This document shows, piece after piece, positions 49,951 to 59,712 of a DNA stretch of 64,000 bases (position 1 is the stretch's first letter; each line of letters opens with the position of its first letter). The DNA comes from an uncultured Alphaproteobacteria bacterium (GTDB lineage: Bacteria > Pseudomonadota > Alphaproteobacteria > CAAHEQ01 > UBA3637). The stretch lies in the NCBI GenBank assembly GCA_934203105.1, contig CAKPYQ010000002.1:8277-72276 (forward strand), written 5' to 3'. Under the pieces are notes generated by a model that saw only the letters and a list, made by a program, of their open reading frames with translations, made no database searches and was not told where the DNA came from. The position numbers and the translations under genes are program-made.

Positions 49951-51231
49951 ATGTCATCGCTTTTTTGTTTTGAAAGCTTTAATTGGAACGAGCAGACTGG
50001 GCTTTTATCTTTGTTTTATTCGTGTCAAGGCTATCGCTTTGAAGAGCGGATTGCGTTCCCCGACGCTCCCTTTTGTTTAACGCAAGAGCGCCAAAAAGCG
50101 CTTGATCAAGTGTTCTTTTTATTGCATATTGCGGCCGGGGTCAGTTATTATAAAGCTTTCGGCAATCCCGCAATCCAAATCCGCAGCGGTGTTTTGACAA
50201 AAGATCAAGCTGCCTTTTTCAATGATTTTTATTATTTCGGATTGGGGCAATTTGCGGCCGAAAACCATTTAAAACTAAAGTTTGATTTTCCTTTTGGATC
50301 GGACAGAGAAAAAATGTTTGATTTACCGCTTGGATCGGGCGCGTTTGTTCCGGTTGGCGGTGGCAAAGATAGTTGCGTTACAATTACGCGTTTACAGCGC
50401 GCGCAAATTCCAACGACTTTATTTTCAGTCAATACAGCGCGCCCGATTGAAGATTGCAAACGAATCTCCAACTTACCGGAAGTGACGATTTGGCGTACAA
50501 TCAGCCCGGTTTTATTAGAAAACAACGATCATTTTTTAAACGGGCATGTGCCCATTTCCGGCATCATCGCTTTTATCAGCGCGGCGGCGTGCATTTTATA
50601 TGATAAGCGTTTCGTTGTAATGAGCTGTGAAGGGTCTGCGGACGAAGCGAACTTTAAGGATGTCAACCATCAATGGAGCAAATCATCGGCTTTTGAGCTT
50701 GCTTTTGGTGCTTTAATGGCAAAGATATTGCCTTCTTTTCGATACTTTTCATTGCTGCGATCGATGAGCGAAATGCAAATAGCGGCCTCTTTTGCCAAAA
50801 ACTGTGCCGATTACTTTGATGTGTTTACCAGTTGCAATCACGCTTTTCATATTGACAAAAGCAAACGATTGTTGCGTTGGTGCGGAAAATGCGATAAATG
50901 CCGATTTGTTTTTTTGATTTTAGCGCCTTTTATGCCGAAAGAAAAATTGATTGAAATTATCGGTCAAAACCCGCTTGATGATCCGGCGCAAGAGCAGGGC
51001 TATTTGGCTTTGCTGGGGCTTGGGCAATCAAAACCGTTTGAATGCGTCGGCACTTATGATGAATGTCGGTTGGCTTTTTTAATGTTGTCCAAGCGTGAAA
51101 ATTGGCAATCGGATTATTTAATTCAAAAATTGTCACCTCTTTTAAAAGATTATTCAATAGAAACGTTAGAAAAAAAGGTCTGGGCAACCGGCAGAACAGA
51201 TTTGATTCCAAAGGAGTTTTTAAATGTTTGA
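49951..51231 (+). CDS. Hypothetical PP-loop (SGGxDS-like GGGKDS) protein, translationally coupled to murD. Candidate MurL-type UDP-MurNAc-L-Ala-L-Glu epimerase.
   Basis: The protein is 426 aa. VPVGGGKDSCVTI resembles the ATP pyrophosphatase P-loop. Its stop overlaps the murD start by 8 nt. The functional assignment is an inference from context and motif only. Confidence 0.4.
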   Translation: MSSLFCFESFNWNEQTGLLSLFYSCQGYRFEERIAFPDAPFCLTQERQKALDQVFFLLHIAAGVSYYKAFGNPAIQIRSGVLTKDQAAFFNDFYYFGLGQFAAENHLKLKFDFPFGSDREKMFDLPLGSGAFVPVGGGKDSCVTITRLQRAQIPTTLFSVNTARPIEDCKRISNLPEVTIWRTISPVLLENNDHFLNGHVPISGIIAFISAAACILYDKRFVVMSCEGSADEANFKDVNHQWSKSSAFELAFGALMAKILPSFRYFSLLRSMSEMQIAASFAKNCADYFDVFTSCNHAFHIDKSKRLLRWCGKCDKCRFVFLILAPFMPKEKLIEIIGQNPLDDPAQEQGYLALLGLGQSKPFECVGTYDECRLAFLMLSKRENWQSDYLIQKLSPLLKDYSIETLEKKVWATGRTDLIPKEFLNV

Positions 51232-52477
51232 AGGCAAAAAAATTGCAATATGGGGAATGGGAAAAGAAGGGCAATCGTTATTAAAGTATTGCAATAATAA
51301 TGGATTACAAGCAACTGTTTTCGAAGGAAAAGATATTGATTTATCCGGCTATGATGTGTTATTGAAAAGCCCCGGGATCAGCCTGTATAATGACAGCCTG
51401 CACAAGGCTTTGGAGCAGGGGATCGAGCTTTGGTCTTCTACCAACATTTTTTTGCACGAAAAAGACAACGCAATGAAAACGATTGCCGTAACGGGAACAA
51501 AAGGCAAAAGCACAACTTCGTCTTTATTAGCGCATATTTTACGCTCATTCGGGTATTCGGTGGGCTTTGGGGGCAATATCGGCCAACCGTTGATTGATTT
51601 AATCGGTCAAAAATATGATTTCTTGGTGGCTGAATTATCCAGTTATCAATGCGCGGATTTGATGTATCCTTTTGACATTTCCGTCGTTGTTAATTTGTAT
51701 CCGGAGCATATCGATTGGCATCAAACACACGATCGGTATTATGAGGATAAATTGCGTTTAATTCGTATTCGGGACAGCGGACAAAAAGCCGTTTTAAATT
51801 GGGAAAATACCGAAACTTTGGTTCGAACAAAAGGTGAAAAAGACGTCATATTCTTTAATAATCCGACGGGGTTTCATTTGCAAAACGGTTGGGTAATGGA
51901 CGCACAAAATCCTTTATTTAAAATGGAGGAAATATCGAACTTAAAGGGCGTTCATAATTTTGAAAATATTTGTGCTGTATTGACTGTTTTAAAAGAGCTG
52001 GGGCTTTCATTAGACAATGTTAAAACCTACATTCAATCTTTTGAACCTTTGGCGCACCGTTTGCAAACGGTAAAAATGGTGCAGGGCGTTCGCTTTGTCG
52101 ATGACAGCATTTCAACGACCCCCGAAACATCTTTGGCGGCATTAAAGGCTTTTGCATCAGCAAGCCATATTTATTTGCTGGTCGGCGGATATGATCGCCA
52201 TCAAGACTATGGCGTTTTATTGTCATATGTATTTGAAAATAAGGATAAAATAACTTTGGTTACAATGCCAATTACCGGCAGTCAAATAGCTGCACAGGCT
52301 GATTCAATGGGGCTGGATGTCATCAATGCGGGCAGTGTTGCTGACGCCGTTCATTTAGCGCAAGATCGGGCAAGCTCAGAAGATGTCATTTTATTATCGC
52401 CCGGTGCCCCCAGTTATCATGCTTACAAAAACTTTGAAGCGCGTGGCGAGGATTTTAAAGCAAACATATGGGATTAG
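51224..52477 (+). CDS. murD: UDP-N-acetylmuramoyl-L-alanine--glutamate ligase (MurD family; possibly MurD2)
   Basis: MFEGKKIAIWGMGKEG precedes the Mur ligase P-loop VTGTKGKSTTSSLLAHIL and central and C-terminal Mur ligase domains. It is not embedded in a dcw cluster. Confidence 0.8.
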   Translation: MFEGKKIAIWGMGKEGQSLLKYCNNNGLQATVFEGKDIDLSGYDVLLKSPGISLYNDSLHKALEQGIELWSSTNIFLHEKDNAMKTIAVTGTKGKSTTSSLLAHILRSFGYSVGFGGNIGQPLIDLIGQKYDFLVAELSSYQCADLMYPFDISVVVNLYPEHIDWHQTHDRYYEDKLRLIRIRDSGQKAVLNWENTETLVRTKGEKDVIFFNNPTGFHLQNGWVMDAQNPLFKMEEISNLKGVHNFENICAVLTVLKELGLSLDNVKTYIQSFEPLAHRLQTVKMVQGVRFVDDSISTTPETSLAALKAFASASHIYLLVGGYDRHQDYGVLLSYVFENKDKITLVTMPITGSQIAAQADSMGLDVINAGSVADAVHLAQDRASSEDVILLSPGAPSYHAYKNFEARGEDFKANIWD

Positions 52478-52692
52478 AAATGTACGAACGCGGTAACGCG
52501 CCGCACATTTTATCTTTTTAGATGACAAAGAATTAACAGAATATAAGTGGTTTGCTATAAACGCAGCAATAGAATTAACAAACGTCACGGACTCTTGCAA
52601 ACGCGGTTTGATTAAATTGAAAAAATATTTGGGCGTATAAGTGTCGCATTCTTATACCGCATCGATTAAAAACATAAGCAATCTTCATCGAT

Positions 52693-52914
52693 TTATTGAA
52701 TAACAACGTTAGAAGACTGAACATAAGCTTTACAAAATTCGAACTCTCTATCTGTCATATCATTAACATCTTTTGATAAACAAAGTCTTTCGTTAGCGCA
52801 GGAAGTTAAAACAAACAAAACAATTAAAAATACGATCAACAACATTAAAAAATTTGTGAAGCGCTGACCGCGTCTAATATAATATAAAGCTTCCAAGATA
52901 TCTGTATTTTTCAT
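52693..52914 (-). CDS. Possible small membrane protein (73 aa) in an AT-rich accessory stretch
   Basis: A single transmembrane helix. The ribosome-binding site is weak. It may be spurious. Confidence 0.2.
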   Translation of the reverse strand: MKNTDILEALYYIRRGQRFTNFLMLLIVFLIVLFVLTSCANERLCLSKDVNDMTDREFEFCKAYVQSSNVVIQ

Positions 52915-53277
52915 AATCTATCCATAAAAATTTGCAAAGATATTAATTTTTGTGGCTGGTTTTGCATTCCGCTCGGATGTCTTATTCAAGAATTGATTTT
53001 GGTATCACTTAGCAGAGCCACATCAAGAGAAATACTGTGCTTTGTGATAGCCGTTGATCATTTATTATTTATTTTTACTTCTTGAATATCCATAACATTT
53101 TTTAACCTCACTATACATAATATAAATTATGCGACAATTATTTTAAGAGCCTTGGGACACAGTTCAAAAAGATTTACTTATTTTTCAATGTGTTATATAA
53201 TAAAAGTAATCCCCTGTGGATAACTTTGTGAATAATTGTGAACAAACTTGTGTATAATCTTTTGAAAGGAGTAATAA

Positions 53278-53712
53278 ATGTTAGATCTGTTAAATACGTT
53301 CTATGAAACGAACTCTAAAACGCTCTTTGTGTTGGCTGATGAATTCCTGCAAATAGCCCAAAAATTAAAAGAATTGGCCCGCTATCGCTTGGAACAAGAA
53401 AAAATGGCTGAACAAATCGAAAAAGAACATAAGCGCTTGCATTTAACCGCCCTGCGCTACGCTTTGGGTCAATTGGACAAAATTCCGAAAGAATTTTCAA
53501 GGCAACAATTGGAAATTATGGCGCATTCGCGTGCAATTATTGCCAAAAAAAACAAAATCAATCAACGCTTTTTAAGAATAAAAGTGCTGCGAATAGCGCA
53601 AAAAGGCTATTTAAATAAAGAAATAGCAGAAAAACTACACATCATTTTTTGCTGTCTTTTCCGCTATTTTCACATAAAATCACTTAAAATATCGACCGCC
53701 GCTCAACGGTAA
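53278..53712 (+). CDS. Hypothetical protein with a degenerate LuxR/FixJ-type HTH near the C-terminus
   Basis: FLRIKVLRIAQKGYLNKEIAEKLHI matches the LuxR HTH pattern (L..RE.EVL...A.G.SNKEIA..L.I), but the recognition helix that should follow is aberrant. An upstream TATAAT lies at 53254. The gene is AT-rich. Confidence 0.35.
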   Translation: MLDLLNTFYETNSKTLFVLADEFLQIAQKLKELARYRLEQEKMAEQIEKEHKRLHLTALRYALGQLDKIPKEFSRQQLEIMAHSRAIIAKKNKINQRFLRIKVLRIAQKGYLNKEIAEKLHIIFCCLFRYFHIKSLKISTAAQR

Positions 53713-53895
53713 AACATTTTTTAATACCCGATAGATCCGATTTCTGCTAAAACAAAGCAAAAGGGTTGCCTTATTCGACGCCTTATTATATCCTTATCTA
53801 CTTTATTATATAGAGAGTATATAAATTCCCTGCTTTGCCCCTTGCCTTTGCAAAAAAGCGCCTTTTAAAAGACGCTTTATGTTTATAAAGACAAA

Positions 53896-54183
53896 TTATC
53901 CGTTTTGGCGCTCCATAGACGGCATTACAATATTGTGGCGCCGAACAATTTTTGGCTCTGAAACTGCCATTTCTTCCATTTTAGCATAAACTTTTGCCGA
54001 CGAATTTTCGATATGATCCGGAACAATACCGTGAATAATCGCTCTTTCAACAATAAAGCTCTTTTCTTGCAAGCTTTGCGCATTTGCAAAATTTTTAATG
54101 GCATCTTTCCAAATAGCACTTTTCATTTTAACAATTTCTTTATCTGCTTGCACTTCGTTATTGGCAAAAATTGTAATGTCCAT
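53896..54183 (-). CDS. Hypothetical protein (95 aa)
   Basis: The start is MDITIFANNEV, with an AAGGAAG ribosome-binding site. No family recognised. AT-rich. Confidence 0.35.
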   Translation of the reverse strand: MDITIFANNEVQADKEIVKMKSAIWKDAIKNFANAQSLQEKSFIVERAIIHGIVPDHIENSSAKVYAKMEEMAVSEPKIVRRHNIVMPSMERQNG

Positions 54184-54498
54184 TTTTTTCTTCCTTTCGT
54201 TTAGACATAAAAAAAACACCTTCCCAAAAGGAAGATGCCATTCATTTAATATAAAAAAATCTGTTCTGATTATAAAAGCAAAAATCCTTTGGGCTTTATT
54301 ATGTCAAGTCCAATAGTAGTAGGTCCGCTTTTAAAATCAAAACTTTTTTTATCATGTTTAAGATTATCTCATATAAATCCGGCCGCGTCAAGCATATTTT
54401 TCAAATTAAAGCTTTTTTTTGTAAATTTTGGTTGACAAAGAACGGTAATTGTGCCATCTTCATAAACAGATGTTAATTTAATTATAAGGAATAAAATA

Positions 54499-54780
54499 AT
54501 GACCAGATCAGAACTTGTAGAACGCATTGCAATGAATAATACGCATTTGTATTCCAGCGATGTTGACCGCTTGGTGACAACGATTTTTGCACGGATTAAA
54601 AAGGCTTTGGCTGACGGTGATCGAGTAGAATTGCGCGGTTTTGGCGTTTTCGGAACGAAGCAAAGAGCGCCGCGTATCGCACGCAACCCGAAAACGGGGG
54701 AAAGCGTCAGCGTCGCTCAAAAAGCAGTCCCCTACTTCAAAGCCGGTAAAATTTTGAAAAAAAGAATCAACTTGCAATAA
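54499..54780 (+). CDS. ihfB: Integration host factor beta subunit
   Basis: MTRSELVERIA...RVELRGFGVFGTKQRAPRIARNPKTGESV. Confidence 0.8.
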   Translation: MTRSELVERIAMNNTHLYSSDVDRLVTTIFARIKKALADGDRVELRGFGVFGTKQRAPRIARNPKTGESVSVAQKAVPYFKAGKILKKRINLQ

Positions 54781-54794
54781 AGGGATACTTTTAA

Positions 54795-55649
54795 ATGAAT
54801 TGGCTGACCAACTATGTTCGCCCAAAGATGAGCAAGCTTGTCGAACAAAAAGACATTCCGGATAATTTATGGATGGGGTGCGCTTCTTGCGGCAAGATGA
54901 TTTTCCATAAAGAATTAGAGGAAAACAGTTGGGTTTGCCCCTCTTGCGGACATCATTTTAAGTTGTCAACAGCCGATCGATTAAAAATGTTATTTGATGA
55001 TGGGGCATATACTTTGGTGGATTTGCCGGACGTTAAAATGGATCCGCTGAACTTTACGGACGTAAAAAAATATACGGATCGCATCAAAGACGCCCGTAAA
55101 AAAACACATCAAAATGATGCGATTGTTGTTGCCGAAGGAGCTGTCGGAAAATGCCCCGCCGTTGTGGGCGTGTTCGATTTTGACTTTATGGGCGGTTCTA
55201 TGGGAACGGCCGTCGGTGAAGCAATTGTAAAAGCGGCTGATGTAGCCAAAGAAAAAAATGCAGCATTGATTTTAATCCCCTCTTCCGGTGGCGCGCGTAT
55301 GCAAGAAGGTATGCTTTCTTTGATGCAAATGCCACGAACTGTATTAGCTATTAAACTGTTAAAAGAAAAAAAACTTCCTTACATTACCATTTTCGCCAAC
55401 CCGACAACCGGAGGTGTAACGGCCTCGTTTGCGATGTTGGGCGATATTCATTTAGCCGAACCTGATGCTTTGATCGGCTTTGCCGGTGCCAGAGTGATTG
55501 AACAAACTATTCGTGAAACATTACCGGATGGCTTTCAACGTTCCGAATATTTACAAGAACATGGAATGATTGATGCGGTGATTGACCGCCGCCATTTAAA
55601 AGAAGAATTAGTTAAGATTTTAAATCTACTTATGCACACAAGCTGTTGA
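54795..55649 (+). CDS. accD: Acetyl-CoA carboxylase carboxyltransferase beta subunit
   Basis: An N-terminal C4 zinc ribbon (CASCGKMIFHKELEENSWVCPSCGHH) precedes the carboxyltransferase domain. Confidence 0.9.
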   Translation: MNWLTNYVRPKMSKLVEQKDIPDNLWMGCASCGKMIFHKELEENSWVCPSCGHHFKLSTADRLKMLFDDGAYTLVDLPDVKMDPLNFTDVKKYTDRIKDARKKTHQNDAIVVAEGAVGKCPAVVGVFDFDFMGGSMGTAVGEAIVKAADVAKEKNAALILIPSSGGARMQEGMLSLMQMPRTVLAIKLLKEKKLPYITIFANPTTGGVTASFAMLGDIHLAEPDALIGFAGARVIEQTIRETLPDGFQRSEYLQEHGMIDAVIDRRHLKEELVKILNLLMHTSC

Positions 55650-55673
55650 TTTTAAAGAATAAAGGAGATTGAG

Positions 55674-56138
55674 ATGATTATCGTATGTCCGGCCGTGCAG
55701 GACGGTATCTTTGCAGACAAATATGGAAAGCGTGGAACGCAATTTAAAGCCTCTATGCCGACCTTCTCTTTTGGTTTTCGCTTGCAGGACATTCCCCTTG
55801 GAACAGTTTCATTTGCTTTTGTTTTGGACGATCCCGATTCAATTGCTCCGATGGGTTTTAAATGGATTCATTGGCTAGGCGCAAACTTATGCAAAGACGG
55901 GATCGAAGATAACGAAAGCATTCATGCAACAACCTTCATTCAAGGTAAAAACAGTTGGGGACAAAATATGTATGGTGGAATGGCTCCGCCGGACAGACCG
56001 CACAATTATGTTTTTCGCGTGTTTGCTTTGGATTGCCTTCTGAACTTAAAAAACGGCTTTACTTTTGAAGACTTAAAACGCGAATCTTCCGGCCATATCT
56101 TGGATTCTGCGTTTATTGAAGGGAGCTATCGTAACTAA
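55674..56138 (+). CDS. YbhB/YbcL (PEBP/RKIP) family protein
   Basis: The PEBP motifs are FVLDDPDSIAP...FKWIHWLGANL. Confidence 0.7.
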   Translation: MIIVCPAVQDGIFADKYGKRGTQFKASMPTFSFGFRLQDIPLGTVSFAFVLDDPDSIAPMGFKWIHWLGANLCKDGIEDNESIHATTFIQGKNSWGQNMYGGMAPPDRPHNYVFRVFALDCLLNLKNGFTFEDLKRESSGHILDSAFIEGSYRN

Positions 56139-56791
56139 TGGTTAAAGTTATTTTATGGGACTGGGATAACACCCTGGTCGACACGTTTAATGCTGTTTTA
56201 TCCGCACAAAATGACACGCGTACACATTTTGGTTTGCCGGCGTGGTCGCGCGAAGATGCCAAACAAGCAATGAATAAATCCGGCCGTGACTTATTAAACA
56301 CAATGTTCGGCGAATTAAAAATGAAAGAAGCCAGAGACTATTATTTAAACGCTTATTTAAAATATACGCAAAACAATGATGTGCAATTGAAACCGAATGC
56401 AATTGACGTGCTAAAATTGTCAAAAGAAAAAGGATTTTATAATATTTTGGCCAGCAATAAAGCCTCTTCTATATTAAAAGACGAGCTGACCCGTTTAAAA
56501 ATCGACGGATTTTTTGATCGCGTTTGTGCGGCCGAAGACATCAATTGTGATAAACCGTCCAAACAATTTACTGACGAAGCTTTAAAAGGGTTAGATGTTG
56601 ATCTTTTGATCGCAGTCGGCGACGGCAGATCCGATGTTCAAATGGCACGCAATTATGAGGAAGGGATTGCAGTTTTAATCGGCACAAACCCGCACACAAA
56701 GGAATTCGAAGAAAATTTTGAAAAGGTAAAACCCGATTTATATTTCACGGATTTTAAAGCGGTTTTAAATTTGCTTTCCACGAACTCTTAA
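56138..56791 (+). CDS. HAD-superfamily hydrolase
   Basis: Motif I is ILWDWDNTLVDT. Later HAD motifs include GDGRSD. Confidence 0.7.
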   Translation: MVKVILWDWDNTLVDTFNAVLSAQNDTRTHFGLPAWSREDAKQAMNKSGRDLLNTMFGELKMKEARDYYLNAYLKYTQNNDVQLKPNAIDVLKLSKEKGFYNILASNKASSILKDELTRLKIDGFFDRVCAAEDINCDKPSKQFTDEALKGLDVDLLIAVGDGRSDVQMARNYEEGIAVLIGTNPHTKEFEENFEKVKPDLYFTDFKAVLNLLSTNS

Positions 56792-57312
56792 TGAAACATT
56801 ACGGCGCTGATCAGTATCGCCAAAAAGACACCGGCTAAATCCGCTATAATGCCGGCCGTTATGGCATGTCTGAATTTGGTCACACCAACAGCACCAAAAT
56901 AAACGGATAAAACATAAAAAGTTGTTTCGGAACTGCCTAACATTACGGCGGCCGTCTTGGTAATCAAAGCGTCTGGCCCGTTTGCAGCGGCGATTTCGGC
57001 AAAAATACCGCGCGCACCACTGCCCGATAACGAACGCGTCAATGCCAAAGGCAATAATTCTGCCGGCATATTGATCCATTTCAACACGGGTGATAATAAT
57101 TGAGCCAACAAATCAATAGCTCCGCTGGCGCGAAACATAGCAACCGCAACCATCATTGCAACCAAATACGGAATGATTTTAACGGATATTTCAAAGCCCT
57201 GCTTTGCCCCTTGCGGAAAAACTTCATAAACGGGAACTTTTTTGAACGCGGCGTAAAGCAAAATAAAAGCAATCAAAAGCGGGATAATCGCAAAGGATAT
57301 TTGATTGATCAT
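56788..57312 (-). CDS. spmB: SpmB-like nucleoside-recognition (Gate) domain membrane protein
   Basis: The protein is hydrophobic and of the SpmB family. Its start overlaps the spmA stop. Confidence 0.7.
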   Translation of the reverse strand: MINQISFAIIPLLIAFILLYAAFKKVPVYEVFPQGAKQGFEISVKIIPYLVAMMVAVAMFRASGAIDLLAQLLSPVLKWINMPAELLPLALTRSLSGSGARGIFAEIAAANGPDALITKTAAVMLGSSETTFYVLSVYFGAVGVTKFRHAITAGIIADLAGVFLAILISAVMFH

Positions 57313-57935
57313 TTTTTTGACCTCCTTTGTTGCAATTTATTTGTTTTTGCCGGCTGCGGCGATAACTTAATCAGTATTTTGACGCAAACGATTCCGATCA
57401 CCAAAGCGCCAAAAGTCGTTAAAATCGTCGGCACAATAATATCGGTTGCATTTACCGATCCCAAAGACATTAAAATCGCTATAACAGAAATGGGCAATAT
57501 TTGAACGCCGGCGGTGTTGATTGCCAAAAAAGTACACATATCGTCCGATGCGGTGTCTTTATCATTTGGATTTAAACGTTGTAAACCTTCCATTGCCTTA
57601 ATTCCAAAGGGCGTTGCTGCATTTCCAAGCCCCAAAGCATTAGCACTGATATTCATTGCGATATCGGCTTGAACAGGATCCTTTTTGGGGATTGACGGAA
57701 ACAAAAGACGCAAAACAGGTGAAAATATTTTTGAAATCACATCCAGCAAACCGGCCTTTTGCGCAATATGCATCAAACCAAGCCACAGGCTCATAATTCC
57801 AATCAAGCCAAAAGAAACAGTAACCGCCATCGATGAAGCATTTAAAACGGCCGCAGAAACTTCGGCCATTTTACCATTGTAAAGCCCGATGATAACGGAC
57901 GATACAATGAAAAACAACCAAATATAATTCATCAT
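57309..57935 (-). CDS. spmA: SpmA-like nucleoside-recognition domain membrane protein
   Basis: SpmA-family sequence is paired with spmB. Confidence 0.7.
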   Translation of the reverse strand: MMNYIWLFFIVSSVIIGLYNGKMAEVSAAVLNASSMAVTVSFGLIGIMSLWLGLMHIAQKAGLLDVISKIFSPVLRLLFPSIPKKDPVQADIAMNISANALGLGNAATPFGIKAMEGLQRLNPNDKDTASDDMCTFLAINTAGVQILPISVIAILMSLGSVNATDIIVPTILTTFGALVIGIVCVKILIKLSPQPAKTNKLQQRRSKK

Positions 57936-57939
57936 TTAC

Positions 57940-59703
57940 TTAATTTCTTTCAAACTGCGCCATATACAAAGCACGATACGCGCCGTTTTCTTTTTCCAAT
58001 AATTCGTTATGCGTCCCTTGTTCGACGATTTGTCCTTCATTCAAAACAACGATTTTGTCCGCATTTTGAACCGTCGACAAACGATGAGCAATGACAAAAA
58101 CCGTTCTGTCTTTCATCAGGTTTTCAATCGCTTTTTGAACAATCGCTTCTGATTTATTGTCCAACGCAGAAGTTGCTTCGTCCAAAATAACAATCGGCGC
58201 ATTTTTCAAAAAAGCTCTGGCAATAGCAACACGTTGACGTTGACCGCCGGAAAGCAAAGACCCTCTTTCCCCGATCGGCGTATCCAATCCTTGCTCTAAA
58301 TCATCAACAAAATCATTTAAGCACGCCATTTGAATCGCTTTTTGAACTTCATCATCGGTGGCGTCCGGCTTACCCAGCATAATGTTGTCACGAATTGTAC
58401 CGGAAAATAAAAAGTTGTCTTGAAACACAACGGCGATTTGAGAGCGTAAACTGGTCAAATCAAAGTCGTGTATGTCTTTTCCGTCAAATAAAATTTGCCC
58501 CTCTTTGATGTCATAAAAGCGCGGGATTAAGTTGATAATCGTCGACTTACCACCGCCGGAATTACCCACAAAAGCAATTGTTTGACCTTTTTTTAAATGC
58601 AAGTTTATATTCTTTAAAACCGGCGCGTTCGGAACATATTCAAAGTTCACATTTTTAAATTCAATTTCTTTTTTCAACGTCGGCAAGGGAACGGCATTTT
58701 TGCTGTTTTTTATTTGTATAGGCTGCTCCAAAATTTCAAAAACACGCTCGATCGCCATAAAGGACAATTGTACAGCATTAAAGTTTTTGCCGATGTTTTT
58801 AACCGGCGTATACAGCATCAACATCGCCGTCATAAAAGCCACAAAATCACCGGCCGTAATGCGACCGGAAATAATCAAATAACTGCCCGCCCAAATCACG
58901 CCCGCGATACCAAAAGAGATGATCACGTGCATCATCGGGGACAACCACGCTGTGCGTTGCGTTTGCTTAATCGTCAGCTTAAACAGCTTTCTTTGAATAG
59001 CATCAAACAACCCCATTTCGTGCTTTTGTAAATTATATGAAGTAATGGTTTTAGCGCCGGCATAGGTTTCATTAAAAGCCGTTAAAACTTCGCCATTGGT
59101 TTCTGTGGTGCGTTTGACGACTTCTTTAATCATTTTGCGAATGCGCGTCAACGGGTAAAAAGACAAAGACAACACCGTGATCGCAATAATGGCCAAATGC
59201 CACGAAGTGTAAATTAAAACGCCCAACAAAGAAATGGTCGAAAAAACGCGCGATACAAACACTTTGATATTGTTCAGCAAACCGGAACACGCCAAATTCG
59301 GATCGGAATCAAAGCGATAAACGATTGTGCCGGAACTGGTTTTATCAAAAAAAGCGCTTTCGAAATAAACCAATTTTTTATACAATTTTTCCTTTAAATC
59401 CATCGTGATTTTGGATCCGACCCATGTATTTAAATAGCTGGACGCATAATCCAAAAAGCTTTGGAAAAACGTAAACAAAATAATGAAAATCGGAATCACC
59501 CACAAAGGAACCGGATAATCGGCTTGGCCTTTATCGATGATGACAATGTTCATAAACGGCTTTAAAGTCAACGCAATGACTGCGTCTAAACAACCGATCG
59601 GAATAGTGATTAAAGCGGCTAATAACGCTCTACCCCAATACGGTTTGACAAACGGCCACATACGTTTATAATTGACATAAAACTGGTTTGTTTTAAACGC
59701 CAT
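57940..59703 (-). CDS. msbA: ABC transporter, fused permease/ATPase (MsbA-like lipid exporter)
   Basis: Six transmembrane segments are followed by an NBD with Walker A GNSGGGKST, the signature LSGGQRQR and Walker B ILDEATSALD. Confidence 0.8.
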   Translation of the reverse strand: MAFKTNQFYVNYKRMWPFVKPYWGRALLAALITIPIGCLDAVIALTLKPFMNIVIIDKGQADYPVPLWVIPIFIILFTFFQSFLDYASSYLNTWVGSKITMDLKEKLYKKLVYFESAFFDKTSSGTIVYRFDSDPNLACSGLLNNIKVFVSRVFSTISLLGVLIYTSWHLAIIAITVLSLSFYPLTRIRKMIKEVVKRTTETNGEVLTAFNETYAGAKTITSYNLQKHEMGLFDAIQRKLFKLTIKQTQRTAWLSPMMHVIISFGIAGVIWAGSYLIISGRITAGDFVAFMTAMLMLYTPVKNIGKNFNAVQLSFMAIERVFEILEQPIQIKNSKNAVPLPTLKKEIEFKNVNFEYVPNAPVLKNINLHLKKGQTIAFVGNSGGGKSTIINLIPRFYDIKEGQILFDGKDIHDFDLTSLRSQIAVVFQDNFLFSGTIRDNIMLGKPDATDDEVQKAIQMACLNDFVDDLEQGLDTPIGERGSLLSGGQRQRVAIARAFLKNAPIVILDEATSALDNKSEAIVQKAIENLMKDRTVFVIAHRLSTVQNADKIVVLNEGQIVEQGTHNELLEKENGAYRALYMAQFERN

Positions 59704-59712
59704 AGTAATCCT

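Noticed and set aside
53833-57205. An 18-bp exact match ccctgctttgccccttgc, intergenic at 53833-53850 and inside spmB at 57188-57205
   Set aside because: This is a single short match with no flanking similarity. In spmB it simply encodes QGAKQG. It could be chance in a compositionally biased genome, and there is not enough to call a repeat family.
58700-59031. Plus-strand ORFs inside msbA (58700-58882 and 58714-59031)
   Set aside because: They lie antisense within a well-supported ABC transporter gene. There is no ribosome-binding site and the composition is His/Arg-rich.
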